A stretch of 64,000 nucleotides of DNA from Burkholderiaceae bacterium (GCA_050252075.1 JBFWLP010000003.1:2195-66194); one strand, 5' to 3'; shown: positions 1 through 9,984, numbered from the stretch's first letter. A program made the numbers and translations. The notes: a model not told the origin generated them from the letters alone.

Positions 1-687
1 GCAGTGGTGGGCGGCGTGGCCGTGCTGGTCATTTCCCATTACATCTATCCCATGATCGCACTCATGCACGCCACACCGTCAGCGGCGCTTACGCGCGGTA
101 TCGGCCTGGTGGCGCTATGCTGTTCGCTGATTGTGGCCGGTCTGATTATTATTGTGCTTATCGATGCCCCCTGGCAACTGTTCAGCCATCACAAGAAGTT
201 GCGTATGTCCCGCCAGGACGTCAAGCAAGAGCACAAGGAAAGTGAAGGCGACCCCTACGTCAAAGGGCGTATACGGCAACAGCAGCGGGCCATGGCCCGC
301 CGGCGCATGATGGCCGAGGTACCCAAGGCCGATGTCGTGATCACCAACCCCACCCACTATGCCGTGGCCCTGTCTTACCAGGAAGGCCAGGGCGGCGCGC
401 CGCGCGTCATTGCCAAGGGGTCGGGGCACCTGGCCGCCCGCATTCGCCAGGTGGGTGTGGAGCATCGCATTCCACTGCTCAGTGCACCGCCGCTGGCCCG
501 CGCCCTGTATCACCATGTCGAGATCGGGCACGAAATTCCCACAGCGCTGTATACCGCGGTGGCCGAGGTGCTGGCATGGGTGTTCCAGCTGCGGCGCTGG
601 AACCCGGTGGTCGGCGAGGCGCCGCCCGAGCCGGTGAATTTGCAGGTTCCCCGCGATCTCGACCCTGAACCGCAAGGTGCCGCATGA
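1..687 (+). CDS. flhB: Flagellar export apparatus protein FlhB (5' truncated at window edge)
   Basis: Frame is open from base 1. Carries the NPTHYAVAL autocleavage motif and a YscU/FlhB-type C-terminal domain. Stop overlaps the flhA ATG (ATGA at 684-687). Confidence 0.9.
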   Translation, partial: AVVGGVAVLVISHYIYPMIALMHATPSAALTRGIGLVALCCSLIVAGLIIIVLIDAPWQLFSHHKKLRMSRQDVKQEHKESEGDPYVKGRIRQQQRAMARRRMMAEVPKADVVITNPTHYAVALSYQEGQGGAPRVIAKGSGHLAARIRQVGVEHRIPLLSAPPLARALYHHVEIGHEIPTALYTAVAEVLAWVFQLRRWNPVVGEAPPEPVNLQVPRDLDPEPQGAA

Positions 688-2798
688 ACGGGTTACTGGC
701 ACTGATCAAGCAGAACGGCTCGGCCCACGCCCGGCTCATGGCCGGCCCGGTCCTGATTCTCATGGTTCTGGCCATGATGATTCTGCCGCTGCCGCCCTTC
801 ATTCTCGACTTGCTGTTCACGTTCAATATTTCCCTGGCCGTCATGATCCTGCTGGTGGCCATGTTCACGAAAAAGCCGCTCGATTTCGCGGCGTTTCCCG
901 CCGTGCTGCTGTTTGCCACGTTGCTGCGCCTGGCGCTGAACGTGGCTTCCACCCGTGTTGTGCTGCTCAACGGCCACGAAGGGCCTGATGCCGCCGGCAA
1001 GGTCATCGAGGCCTTCGGCCATTTTCTGGTGGGCGGCGATTTCGCGGTCGGCATTATTGTTTTCATTATTCTGGTCATTATCAATTTTGTGGTCATTACC
1101 AAGGGGGCGGGGCGTATTGCCGAAGTGGGCGCCCGTTTCACCCTGGATGCCATGCCCGGCAAGCAAATGGCCATCGATGCCGACCTGAACGCCGGCCTGA
1201 TCGGCGAAGAGGAAGCCCGGCGCCGGCGCCTGGAAGTGGCCCAGGAAGCCGAGTTCTACGGCTCCATGGACGGTGCCAGCAAGTTTGTGCGCGGCGATGC
1301 CGTGGCGGGCTTGCTGGTTATGATCATCAATATTATCGGCGGCCTGATCATCGGGGTGGGGTCGCACGATCTGTCTTTCGCCGAAGCCGGTCGCGTGTAT
1401 ACCCTGCTGACCATCGGCGACGGGCTGGTGGCGCAGATACCGGCACTGGTCATTTCCACGGCGGCCGGCGTGGTGGTGTCGCGGGTGGCAACCGACCAGG
1501 ACGTTGGCCAGCAAATGGTGGGCCAACTGTTCAGCAACCCCAATGTGCTGTTCATTACCTCGGGCATCATGGCATTGATGGGGCTGATACCCAATATGCC
1601 GCATGTGGCCTTTTTGCTGCTTGCGGCCGCCATGGCCGGCGGCGGGTGGCTGCTGTACAAGCGCCAGCAGCAGGAGAAGGCCCAAACGGCCCAAGAGCCG
1701 GCGGCCACGCTGGCCGCCGCGCAGGCCGCTGCGGCCGAAGCTACCTGGGACGATGTATCGCTGGTGGATCCCCTGGGGCTGGAAGTGGGCTACCGCTTGA
1801 TCAATCTGGTGGATCACTCGCAGAACGGCGAACTGCTGCATCGTATTCGCAGCCTGCGCAAGAAGTTCGCGCAAGATGTCGGTTTTCTGCCGCCCGTGGT
1901 GCATATCCGCGACAACCTGGAGCTCAAGCCGAACGATTACCGCATTATGCTGTTTGGCGTCGAAGTAGGGCGCGGGGCGGCCGTGCCGGGCCAGTGGCTT
2001 GCCATTGACCCAGGCGGCGTCTCCATGAAACTGCCGGGGGCCGTCACCAAGGATCCCGCCTTTGGGCTGCCGGCGGTGTGGATCGACGTGGAGCTGCGGG
2101 AACAGGCACAGATCGCCGGCTATACCGTGGTAGATGCCAGTACCGTGATCGCCACCCATCTGAACCATTTGATGCATCGCCACAGTGCGCGTCTGCTGGG
2201 CCGTCAGGAAGTTCAGCAATTGCTGGATCACATCGGTCGCGAAGCACCGCAGGTGGTCGAAGACCTGGTGCCGAAAACCGTCAGCATGACGCTGCTGCAA
2301 AAAGTCATGCGCGGCCTGCTCGACGAAGACGTACCCATTCGCGATTTGCGCAGCATTCTGGAAACCATCGCCGAGCACGCCCCCAGGCTGTCGGCCCAGA
2401 ACACGGCGGGTACCGGGCCCGACGCGAACGAATTGCTGCAGCTGGTGCGCGTGTCGCTGGGTCGGGCGATTACCCAGCAATGGTTTGCCGGCGACGACGA
2501 GTTGCGGGTCATCGGGCTGGATCCGCGCCTGGAGCGGGTACTTACGCAGGCGTTGACCACCAGCGGGGCACTCGAACCCGGTCTGGCAGACAGCCTGCTT
2601 ACCGAAGCACAGCGCACCATTCAGTTCCAGGAAGAAAACGGCGATCCGACCGTGCTGGTCGTACCCCCCTTGTTACGTCCGTCATTGGCACGCTTTCTTC
2701 GGCCGAATTTTCCCCAGTTGGGGGTATTGTCGAACGCCGAGCTCCCCGAGGAGCGGCGGCTTAGAATTACTGCAGTGATCGGCGGAGGCGCTTCGTGA
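684..2798 (+). CDS. flhA: Flagellar export gate protein FlhA
   Basis: 704 aa with a multi-TM N-terminus. Conserved GARFTLDAMPGKQMAIDADLNAGLI block and a large cytoplasmic C-domain. Translationally coupled to flhB and flhF. Confidence 0.95.
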   Translation: MNGLLALIKQNGSAHARLMAGPVLILMVLAMMILPLPPFILDLLFTFNISLAVMILLVAMFTKKPLDFAAFPAVLLFATLLRLALNVASTRVVLLNGHEGPDAAGKVIEAFGHFLVGGDFAVGIIVFIILVIINFVVITKGAGRIAEVGARFTLDAMPGKQMAIDADLNAGLIGEEEARRRRLEVAQEAEFYGSMDGASKFVRGDAVAGLLVMIINIIGGLIIGVGSHDLSFAEAGRVYTLLTIGDGLVAQIPALVISTAAGVVVSRVATDQDVGQQMVGQLFSNPNVLFITSGIMALMGLIPNMPHVAFLLLAAAMAGGGWLLYKRQQQEKAQTAQEPAATLAAAQAAAAEATWDDVSLVDPLGLEVGYRLINLVDHSQNGELLHRIRSLRKKFAQDVGFLPPVVHIRDNLELKPNDYRIMLFGVEVGRGAAVPGQWLAIDPGGVSMKLPGAVTKDPAFGLPAVWIDVELREQAQIAGYTVVDASTVIATHLNHLMHRHSARLLGRQEVQQLLDHIGREAPQVVEDLVPKTVSMTLLQKVMRGLLDEDVPIRDLRSILETIAEHAPRLSAQNTAGTGPDANELLQLVRVSLGRAITQQWFAGDDELRVIGLDPRLERVLTQALTTSGALEPGLADSLLTEAQRTIQFQEENGDPTVLVVPPLLRPSLARFLRPNFPQLGVLSNAELPEERRLRITAVIGGGAS

Positions 2799-5251
2799 AC
2801 ATCAGTCGTTTTTTTGGCATCACCAACCGTGAGGCCATGCGCCAGGTTCGGCTGGCGCTCGGTCCCGATGCCCTTATCCTGTCGAACCGTCGCGTCAATG
2901 GCGGCGTCGAGATTCTGGCCACCGATGCCACATCTATGCCGGTCGACGAGGACGGTCAGTGGATCGGTGAATTGCCCTCCCTGACTGAAGCGGACCACAG
3001 CCTGCCCGAGCCCGACACCGATACGCCGTTTTCAGCACCTGCGCCAACGTCTGATACCTGGGTGCCGGCCGGCGAGCCCGAGCCGGTGGCCCCGGCCGAT
3101 GAGCGCGTCGAGCTCATGAGCGCCATTGGCGAGCTGCGCGGCGCGCTGGAAAATCGCATCGACGAACTGATGTGGTCGAATCAGCTGAGCCGCACTCCGC
3201 AGGCTGTGAGTGTGTTCCAGACATTGCTGAGCTGTGGATTCAGCACGGCGCTGCTGCGGGCCATGTTAAAGCGCCTGCCGCAGAATGTGTCGCAACGGGC
3301 GGCGCTCGACTGGGCACGACGTGAGCTGGTCAAGAATCTGCCGGTGCTGGGTGCGGAAGACGCGTTGTGGATCCCCGGACGGGTGCTGGCGCTGGTGGGG
3401 CCCACGGGCGTGGGTAAAACCACCACGGTGGCCAAGCTGGCGGCGCGCTGTGTGCGTCGCCACGGGCCGCAGGGCCTGGTGCTCGTCACTACCGACACCT
3501 ACCGTATCGGCGCGCACGAGCAGCTTAGAATTTACGGCGACATGCTGGGGGTTCCCGTGCACGTGGTGAACAACGCGCACGATCTGGTTCAGGTGATGGC
3601 GACCATCCATCCGGAGCAGACGGTCATCATCGACAATATCGGCATGAGCCAGCGGGATCGCTACATTGCCGACCAGGCCGCCATGCTGGCGGCTTCCACA
3701 CGCCCGGTCGGGCGCCTGCTGGTGCTCAATGCGTCCAGCCAGGGGGACACCCTTGACGAAGTCGCCCGTACCTACAGCAATGACGGCGGAACAGGGCTGC
3801 TCGGCTGCATCATTACCAAAATGGACGAAGCGAGCCGCCCCGGAGCGGCGCTGGATACCGCGATCCGGTACCGGCTGCCCATACATTATGTTTCTGTGGG
3901 CCAGAAGGTGCCCGAAGATCTGGTTTTCCCGCAGGCCGACGACCTGATCGACCAGGCCCTGACACACCGGGCCGGTGCCGGTGGCTTGTATGCCCCGTCG
4001 GAAGCCGATTTTGCGGCGCTGCTTGCCGCATCCCAGGCCACATCCCTGGAAAAAACATCACAAGAAAACGCCCAGCGGCAGCAGTGGCTGCCCATGCTGT
4101 TGTCGGTAACAGGGGCAGGCGCCGGCCTGGACATGGCACAGCTGCGTCTGGCCTGCGATACCCTGGAAGAGCATCTGGCCCCGCGCGAGGCGCTGGGGTT
4201 ATGGCGACACGCCATGGCGCAGTCCGGCACCGAGGCCGGCCACGCCCGGCCCGCCGTCGATATCGACGCCACCTTGCGCCATCTGGCTCGGGTGGTGCAA
4301 CAAATGCACAACGACAAGGCCAACGGCCTGCCGGTCATTGCCGTGCATGATCAGGTGACCTTGCCCGCCAACCTGCAGGGCGGGGGGCGGTTGCGCGCCT
4401 CGCTGCTGTTTTCCGGCCAGGGGCACCCCTGGGCGTCCACCTTGCAGCTTTCCCAGTTGTCGGGCGGTTGGCTGCCTTCCCACGGTGCGGCGTTCCACAC
4501 CCCGTTACCGGCCGTTGAACTGTTGCGGCATCAGGTTTTTCAGCTTGGCCAGCAGCTTGGGAAAACGCCGGTCGTGCATGTGTTCGACGGCGGTTCGCCC
4601 GCCGCGTGGCAAGCCCTGGAAAGCGATGGCGTTGACTGGCTGGCGTTGATCTCACCCACCACACGTGTGTACACCGACGACTGCGCTACGCTGGCCGGTG
4701 CCGTGGCGTTGTCATTGCCGTATCAGCCTCTTACCGATTTCACGGCCTGGCCTGCATTGGTGAACATTGCCAACCGGCCGGCGGCGTCGGTGGTTGTCTG
4801 GGCGGCGGATCAGAGGGTTCAGGTTCAGGCGCGCGGCGTACCGGCGACCACACTGCGTCTGGTGTCGGTGCGCATTGTCGACCGTGAAACCGGTGATCTG
4901 GTTCGCTCCGTGCTGGGGCTGGCCAATGTCGATGAGTCGCGTTTGTCCACCGACACGCTGGCCGCCTGGCTGGTGATGCGCCACGAGGCCAAAATGGTTA
5001 TGCGCCATGCGGCAACGGCCTGGCGTCAACTGGCGGGCCCGCAAGCGCCGGCCTTGCAACGCCAACTGGCCTTGACAGCCGCACAACTGGGGCTGGCTGC
5101 CTGGCAAGTGCAGCAGGATCCAAAACTTGGGTTGGTGCGGCGCGTAGCCATGGCGTTGGTGGGCAAGCGTACATTGCCGGCCTCGCTGGCCGCGCCGGTG
5201 CTGATCAAATTGTTTGCCGCCCGCGACATGGTGGCCGGCGAGGCCGGATAG
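2795..5251 (+). CDS. flhF: Flagellar SRP-type GTPase FlhF with a long uncharacterised C-terminal extension
   Basis: GTG start overlaps the flhA stop (GTGA). N-terminus MNISRFFG..REAMRQVRLALGPDALILSNR is typical of FlhF. GTPase motifs GPTGVGKTTT, TTDTYRIGA, IIDNIG and IITKMDEA are present. Residues about 391-818 have no motif I recognise. Confidence 0.85.
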   Translation: MNISRFFGITNREAMRQVRLALGPDALILSNRRVNGGVEILATDATSMPVDEDGQWIGELPSLTEADHSLPEPDTDTPFSAPAPTSDTWVPAGEPEPVAPADERVELMSAIGELRGALENRIDELMWSNQLSRTPQAVSVFQTLLSCGFSTALLRAMLKRLPQNVSQRAALDWARRELVKNLPVLGAEDALWIPGRVLALVGPTGVGKTTTVAKLAARCVRRHGPQGLVLVTTDTYRIGAHEQLRIYGDMLGVPVHVVNNAHDLVQVMATIHPEQTVIIDNIGMSQRDRYIADQAAMLAASTRPVGRLLVLNASSQGDTLDEVARTYSNDGGTGLLGCIITKMDEASRPGAALDTAIRYRLPIHYVSVGQKVPEDLVFPQADDLIDQALTHRAGAGGLYAPSEADFAALLAASQATSLEKTSQENAQRQQWLPMLLSVTGAGAGLDMAQLRLACDTLEEHLAPREALGLWRHAMAQSGTEAGHARPAVDIDATLRHLARVVQQMHNDKANGLPVIAVHDQVTLPANLQGGGRLRASLLFSGQGHPWASTLQLSQLSGGWLPSHGAAFHTPLPAVELLRHQVFQLGQQLGKTPVVHVFDGGSPAAWQALESDGVDWLALISPTTRVYTDDCATLAGAVALSLPYQPLTDFTAWPALVNIANRPAASVVVWAADQRVQVQARGVPATTLRLVSVRIVDRETGDLVRSVLGLANVDESRLSTDTLAAWLVMRHEAKMVMRHAATAWRQLAGPQAPALQRQLALTAAQLGLAAWQVQQDPKLGLVRRVAMALVGKRTLPASLAAPVLIKLFAARDMVAGEAG

Positions 5252-5280
5252 CTCGTCGCCCGGCCATTGCTCAGGCTTTC

Positions 5281-5298
5281 AGCCGGCCAAGGCCGGCT
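5281..5298 (+). terminator. Weak stem-loop between convergent flhF and flgN
   Basis: AGCCGG-CCAAGG-CCGGCT (6-bp stem), followed a few nt later by GGTTTTT. Lies 30 nt after the flhF stop. Confidence 0.3.
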
Positions 5299-5311
5299 TC
5301 TTCAAGGTTTT

Positions 5312-5788
5312 TCAGGCTTTTACTTCGCGTTGCGAGCCGCGCCCCGACGCCGGGGTGGCCCGGCCACGAGCATCGTACAAATTGCCTTGGCCACTAATGG
5401 TACGCAGTGCGTGCAGGGTTTGCTGGTTGTTCTTCAGAAACGTGTCGATGAGCACGCCATTGCTGTTGTTCAGTTCATTGGCCCGGCGTGCCGTGAACAG
5501 CAGCTGGTTCACCACTGGTTCCAGCGTGGGGTGCTGCGCCACAGCGCTTTCCAGCCCCTTGCGCCCCGAGGGGTAACCCATTTGCAGCAGCCAGTACTCG
5601 CGCTGGCGGCCAATGGCGCTGAGACGATCGGCGTAATCGGTTTTCTTTTCCGTGTTGCGGGGAAGCTCGGTTTCGGATTGGGTATTCACCAGAACCTGTG
5701 CTTCTTCTTCCAGCACGCCGATAAATTCACGCGCCAGTTTAAGCTCCTGTTCCAGGCACTGATGCAGGGAAATCAGGGTGGTGCTCAT
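5312..5788 (-). CDS. flgN: Flagellar chaperone FlgN (for FlgK/FlgL)
   Basis: 158 aa, helical and Q/L-rich (MSTTLISLHQCLEQELKLAREFIGVLEEE...). Sits directly after flgM with a 1-nt gap. Confidence 0.8.
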   Translation of the reverse strand: MSTTLISLHQCLEQELKLAREFIGVLEEEAQVLVNTQSETELPRNTEKKTDYADRLSAIGRQREYWLLQMGYPSGRKGLESAVAQHPTLEPVVNQLLFTARRANELNNSNGVLIDTFLKNNQQTLHALRTISGQGNLYDARGRATPASGRGSQREVKA

Positions 5789-5789
5789 T

Positions 5790-6080
5790 TTATTTCAGCA
5801 GCTCGCGTGCACTGGCCAGCAGACCGTCGGCAATGCGGGAGGCGTCGATTTTGAGCTCGCCCGATGCCAGGGCGTCGCGCAGGGCCTGAACCTTGACCAC
5901 GTTGATGTCGCTGCTTGCGTTTTCCAGGCTGGCCATGTGGCGTGCGGTGACACTGAGGTCGACCGTGCTGCTGCCGGGCTGGGTGGCTTGGCCCGCCGCA
6001 CCGGAGCGTGCGCCGCCGCTACGGTTGCCCGACAGGGTTTCCGTGGCCAGCGAGGTAAGGGAGGAAGGTGTGATTTTCAA
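5790..6080 (-). CDS. flgM: Anti-sigma-28 factor FlgM
   Basis: 96 aa. C-terminus VKVQALRDALASGELKIDASRIADGLL is typical of FlgM. A sigma-28 promoter lies upstream. Confidence 0.9.
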   Translation of the reverse strand: MKITPSSLTSLATETLSGNRSGGARSGAAGQATQPGSSTVDLSVTARHMASLENASSDINVVKVQALRDALASGELKIDASRIADGLLASARELLK

Positions 6081-6127
6081 GGCAGTTCTCCGGGCATGGG
6101 CGTAGTGTATCGCGCTTCGTGTAATGT

Positions 6128-6154
6128 GTAACGGCAGAGCCGGAAAATTCTTTA
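6128..6154 (-). promoter_or_regulatory. Sigma-28 (FliA) promoter for flgMN
   Basis: Minus strand reads TAAAGAAT-N11-GCCGTTAC (consensus TAAAGTTT-N11-GCCGATAA). The -10 element ends 48 nt upstream of the flgM ATG. Confidence 0.75.
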
Positions 6155-6169
6155 GGGGATACCCCTGAA

Positions 6170-6901
6170 TTACATAGGTACGTTCACCGTGCTGCCGTCA
6201 ATCACCGTGGCGGTGATGATCTGGCCGGACGATGTGCGAACCTGAATCGAGCTGCCGGGGTTGCCGCTTTGCAACGCCTGGCCTTCGCCGGTGGCGATGA
6301 ACCCGGTGCCTCGCGCGATGGTGCGCACCATTTGCCCGCGCTGGATGGACTCGGGGTGACGCAGGGCCCCCGCCTTGATGGGGGCGCCCGACGGGATGCG
6401 CTGGGTGGTGATAAAGCCGACGGCCTGGCTGGGATCGACAATGGTACCGCGCGACAAGCGCAATACATCGCCTTCGCGGGCCATCATGTCGTCCAGGGTG
6501 AGCATTTCTCCGGGCTGGATCATGCGGTTGGCCACGTAAAAGAAGCCGTCGACACTCAGGTTGACCTGCACATAGGTTGTCCAGGGGCGGGGCGCCATGC
6601 AACGCACGCCTACGTTCATGCGCGAGCGCAGGCGCTGGCCGGTGGGCAGATAAACCTGAAGATCGTCGCAGGCGGGTTGATTGGTCAGGCGGGGCTTTTC
6701 GACGGAAACCGACGCCTTGCCCGGGTAGATTTCGGCCTGGGCGAGCATGTAGTCTTCGACCAGAGCGACCACGGCTTCGGGATCCTGGGCGCCGGATGCC
6801 GCCCCGGCGGTATTGCCCGCGGCCGCGGCGATGCCGGTGATCACCAACAGCAGCAGGATGACCGTTTGGCAGGCAGCGCGCAAGGAAGGGGTTATTTGCA
6901 T
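6170..6901 (-). CDS. flgA: P-ring assembly chaperone FlgA
   Basis: Start moved to the internal ATG at 6901 (MQITPSLRAACQTVILLLLVITGIAAAA signal peptide). FlgA/SAF-like C-terminus (IQVRTSSGQIITATVIDGSTVNV). Confidence 0.85.
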   Translation of the reverse strand: MQITPSLRAACQTVILLLLVITGIAAAAGNTAGAASGAQDPEAVVALVEDYMLAQAEIYPGKASVSVEKPRLTNQPACDDLQVYLPTGQRLRSRMNVGVRCMAPRPWTTYVQVNLSVDGFFYVANRMIQPGEMLTLDDMMAREGDVLRLSRGTIVDPSQAVGFITTQRIPSGAPIKAGALRHPESIQRGQMVRTIARGTGFIATGEGQALQSGNPGSSIQVRTSSGQIITATVIDGSTVNVPM

Positions 6902-7092
6902 GCTGAAATTGTATTGCCACACCGTTCGGCGTGCATTGGATGAATTAACTGGAAATTCGTCGTTTATTTCGCACTTTGTTCCAGGGCAAGCGGATTTACG
7001 ATGCAGGTATGGCGAAGGAAAGGATAAAGGGTGTGCATTCACCCGGTTCTTTCCGGAATTTGCAAGTGCATGAAAAACCCGGTGAACCCCGC

Positions 7093-7506
7093 ATGATCGA
7101 CCGAATTGCCAACGAACTGAAATTCTATCAAGAAGCGGTTGCCTTGCGTAACCAGCGTCAGGAAGTGCTGGCTGCAAACATTGCCAACGCCGATACGCCC
7201 AATTACAAGGCCCGCGATTTCGATTTCGGCTCGGCGCTGCAGCAAGCCATGGGCAATGGCGGGGCCATGCCGTTGCCGAATGTGCATCTGTCGCTAACGT
7301 CCGCCCGGCACATTCCCGGCCAGGCTGCCGCGCCCCAGCATGCCGAACTGCTGTACCGCCAGCCTTTGCAGCCCAGTCTGGACGGCAACACCGTCGACAT
7401 GGATGTCGAGCGCGTTGCGTTTGCCGACAACACCCAGCGCTATCAGGCCGATCTTGCCATCATTTCCTCGCGTATCAAGGGAATCATGGCGGCGCTGCAG
7501 CAGTAA
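7093..7506 (+). CDS. flgB: Proximal rod protein FlgB
   Basis: Start taken at the ATG at 7093 (MIDRIANELKFYQEAVALRNQRQEVLAANIANADTPNYKARD). The upstream extension in the ORF track overlaps the divergent promoter region. Confidence 0.9.
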   Translation: MIDRIANELKFYQEAVALRNQRQEVLAANIANADTPNYKARDFDFGSALQQAMGNGGAMPLPNVHLSLTSARHIPGQAAAPQHAELLYRQPLQPSLDGNTVDMDVERVAFADNTQRYQADLAIISSRIKGIMAALQQ

Positions 7507-7533
7507 CCCGAATTCCCGTAAAGGTACGTTTTT

Positions 7534-7950
7534 ATGTCTTCCATGACCATTTTCCAGATTGCCGGTTCCGCGCTCACAGCACAGTCGCAGCGCATGAACG
7601 TCACGGCCAGCAATCTGGCGAACGCCGAAAGTGTGGCCGGGCCCGATGGCCAGCCCTACAAGGCGCGGCAGGTGGTTTTTCAGATGGCGCCCATGGCCGG
7701 TCAAGCCTATGCGCCGGCGGTGGGCGGGGTGCAGGTTACCCAGGTGCTGGAAAGCAATGCGCCGCCTCGCCTGCAATACGATCCCAAGCACCCGCTGGCC
7801 AATGCCGACGGCTATGTCACCCTGCCCTATGTCGATGTCGTGGCCGAAACGGTCAACATGATTTCCGCATCGCGTTCGTACCAGGCCAATGTGGAAGTCA
7901 TCAATACGGCCAAGAGCCTGATGATGCGCACGCTGTCGATCGGCCAGTAA
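7534..7950 (+). CDS. flgC: Proximal rod protein FlgC
   Basis: 138 aa. Motifs [24 protein letters not shown] and [11 protein letters not shown]. Confidence 0.95.
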   Translation: MSSMTIFQIAGSALTAQSQRMNVTASNLANAESVAGPDGQPYKARQVVFQMAPMAGQAYAPAVGGVQVTQVLESNAPPRLQYDPKHPLANADGYVTLPYVDVVAETVNMISASRSYQANVEVINTAKSLMMRTLSIGQ

Positions 7951-7984
7951 GCCCTCGGCAAGCACTTATTACCGGAGCCTCATA

Positions 7985-8674
7985 ATGAGCACCATCAACC
8001 CCGCATCCGCGTCAACTGCCTCTACGGCGGCCATGTCGGCTGCCCAGCGCGGCACGCAAACCCTCATGGGCGACACGCAAGACCGCTTCCTTACCCTGCT
8101 GGTTACCCAGCTGAAGAATCAGGATCCCCTGAATCCGCTCGACAACAACGAAGTTACGTCTCAAATTGCGCAGCTGTCGACCGTCAATGGCATTAACCAG
8201 CTGAACAACACCTTGCTGGCGCTGGCCGGGCAAATGGATGTTTCGCAATCCATGCAGGCGGCATCGTTGATCGGCAAGCAGGTGCTGGTGCCGGGGGCCA
8301 AGGTGCTGCTGGGGGGTGAAGACGGCAACAAGGTTGCCACACCCTTCGGCATCGATCTTATTTCGCCGGCTGCCAAAATTACCGTCAACATTCTGGATGC
8401 CGGCGGCATGGCCGTGCGCAAGCTGGAACTGGGCCCTCAGCCCGAAGGCGTGGCTTCAGTGGGCTGGGACGGTAAGGGCGAGGGCGGCGTGGAGCTGGCC
8501 GCCGGCGCTTATACGGTGCAGGTTACCGCCGTGGGCGGTGACGGTGCTCCGGTGGGGGTCAACCCCTTAATGGCCGGCAAGGTGGCCAGTGTGGTGAACA
8601 CCGGTCAGGGGCCCAAGCTTGACCTGGGTCTGGCCGGCACATTCTCGTTGCTGGATATCAAGAAAATTATGTAG
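7985..8674 (+). CDS. flgD: Hook capping/scaffold protein FlgD
   Basis: 229 aa. FLTLLVTQLKNQDPLNPLDN motif, and sits in the flgC-flgE position. Confidence 0.95.
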   Translation: MSTINPASASTASTAAMSAAQRGTQTLMGDTQDRFLTLLVTQLKNQDPLNPLDNNEVTSQIAQLSTVNGINQLNNTLLALAGQMDVSQSMQAASLIGKQVLVPGAKVLLGGEDGNKVATPFGIDLISPAAKITVNILDAGGMAVRKLELGPQPEGVASVGWDGKGEGGVELAAGAYTVQVTAVGGDGAPVGVNPLMAGKVASVVNTGQGPKLDLGLAGTFSLLDIKKIM

Positions 8675-8760
8675 GCGGTTGGGTCGGGCTTCCCCGTGCG
8701 GAGCCGGGTTTCAACGGTTTTTAACGATCAATACGTAGCAAGCACTTCGCGAGGTTAATC

Positions 8761-9966
8761 ATGGGTTTCGGTCAGGCACTTAGCGGCTTAAACGCCGCCG
8801 CCAGCAATCTGGACATTATCGGCAACAACATTGCCAACGCCGGTACGGTGGGTTTCAAAAGCAGCACCGCCCAATTCGCCGACGTTTACGCCAACGCATC
8901 GGTGGGCCTGGGTACCCAGCTCATCGGCGTGAAACAAAGCTTCGACACCGGCACCATATCGAACACGGGCAACGCCTTCGATATTGCCGTCGACGGCCCC
9001 AAAGGCTTTTTCCGGGTGCTGGATGCCAACGGCGTCATTATGTATACCCGCAACGGCCAATTTGGTCCTGACAAGGACAACTTCCTGGTCAACGCCCAGG
9101 GCCACCAGCTGACCGGTTACGACGTGGAAACGGGCACGCGCCTGCAGCCCATACAGATTCCCACGGGAAATATTCCGCCGCGATTCACCAGCGATGTTGA
9201 AGTGCGCATGAACGTTGACGCAAGCGCCACCGAACCCACCCTGGCTTTTGATCCCGACGATCCCGATACGTACAACCACTCCCTGCCCATCAATGTGTTC
9301 GATCAACAGGGCACTATGCACCAGATGGTTCAATATTTCCGGAAAACGGCCACTGCCAATGAGTGGAACGTGTATTACGTGATCAATGGCGCCACGACAT
9401 CGGTCGACGGCGGTGCTGCCGGAGCACCCGGAACGGTTACCTTTAATGCCGACGGAACACTCGACGCGGCATTCACGCCATTTTCGGTTGCCTTCACGGC
9501 CACGGATCCGGATGCCTCGCTCAATGGCTTGACATTCACCGCCGACTACGCGGGTTCCACTCAGTACCAGGGCGACTTCAACTATTCTTTCAAGCAAGAC
9601 GGCTACCCCACGGGTGAATACGCCAGTACCTCCATTGAGCCCGACGGCGCCATCATTGCGAACTACACCAACGGCGAAAGCAAGGAAATCGGCGCGCTGG
9701 TGCTGGCCGACTTTGTGAGCGTGAACGGCCTGAAGGCGGCCGGCGGCAACGCCTGGGTGGAAACCGGGGCGTCGGGCCAGCCGATTCTGGGCCGCCCGGG
9801 CAGCAACAGCCTGGCCACGGTGATCAGCATGGCGGTGGAAGAGTCCAACGTGGACCTGAGCCAGGAGCTGGTGAATCTGATCATTGCCCAACGCACTTAT
9901 CAGGCGAACTCGCAAACCATTAAAACGCAGGATCAGATCCTGCAAAGCCTGATGTCGCTGCGTTAA
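8761..9966 (+). CDS. flgE: Flagellar hook protein FlgE
   Basis: 401 aa. N-terminus MGFGQALSGLNAAASNLDIIGNNIANAGTVGFK and C-terminus IIAQRTYQANSQTIKTQDQILQSL. Confidence 0.95.
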   Translation: MGFGQALSGLNAAASNLDIIGNNIANAGTVGFKSSTAQFADVYANASVGLGTQLIGVKQSFDTGTISNTGNAFDIAVDGPKGFFRVLDANGVIMYTRNGQFGPDKDNFLVNAQGHQLTGYDVETGTRLQPIQIPTGNIPPRFTSDVEVRMNVDASATEPTLAFDPDDPDTYNHSLPINVFDQQGTMHQMVQYFRKTATANEWNVYYVINGATTSVDGGAAGAPGTVTFNADGTLDAAFTPFSVAFTATDPDASLNGLTFTADYAGSTQYQGDFNYSFKQDGYPTGEYASTSIEPDGAIIANYTNGESKEIGALVLADFVSVNGLKAAGGNAWVETGASGQPILGRPGSNSLATVISMAVEESNVDLSQELVNLIIAQRTYQANSQTIKTQDQILQSLMSLR

Positions 9967-9984
9967 GCGACAGGTTAAAACGGC

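Noticed and set aside
693-2480. 595-aa ORF antisense to flhA
   Set aside because: It lies entirely inside the well-supported flhA gene on the opposite strand. Its Arg/Gly/His/Gln-rich composition has no recognisable motif and is typical of stop-poor antisense frames in high-GC DNA.
5717-5724. GCCGATAA on the plus strand inside flgN
   Set aside because: It has no TAAA-type -35 element at the required 11-nt spacing, and it points antisense into coding sequence.
6902-7092. FlhDC boxes in the flgA/flgB divergent region (and in the fliF/fliE region at 29781-30078)
   Set aside because: Only loose half-site resemblances are present (for example CGTTTATTTCGC and AAGAATAGCG). I could not find a properly spaced inverted pair, and the master regulator of this organism is not in the window, so no call is made.
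6902-7177. Upstream extensions of flgA (to 7177) and flgB (from 6976)
   Set aside because: The two extensions overlap each other in the divergent promoter region. The internal ATGs at 6901 and 7093 give a proper FlgA signal peptide and the conserved FlgB N-terminus.
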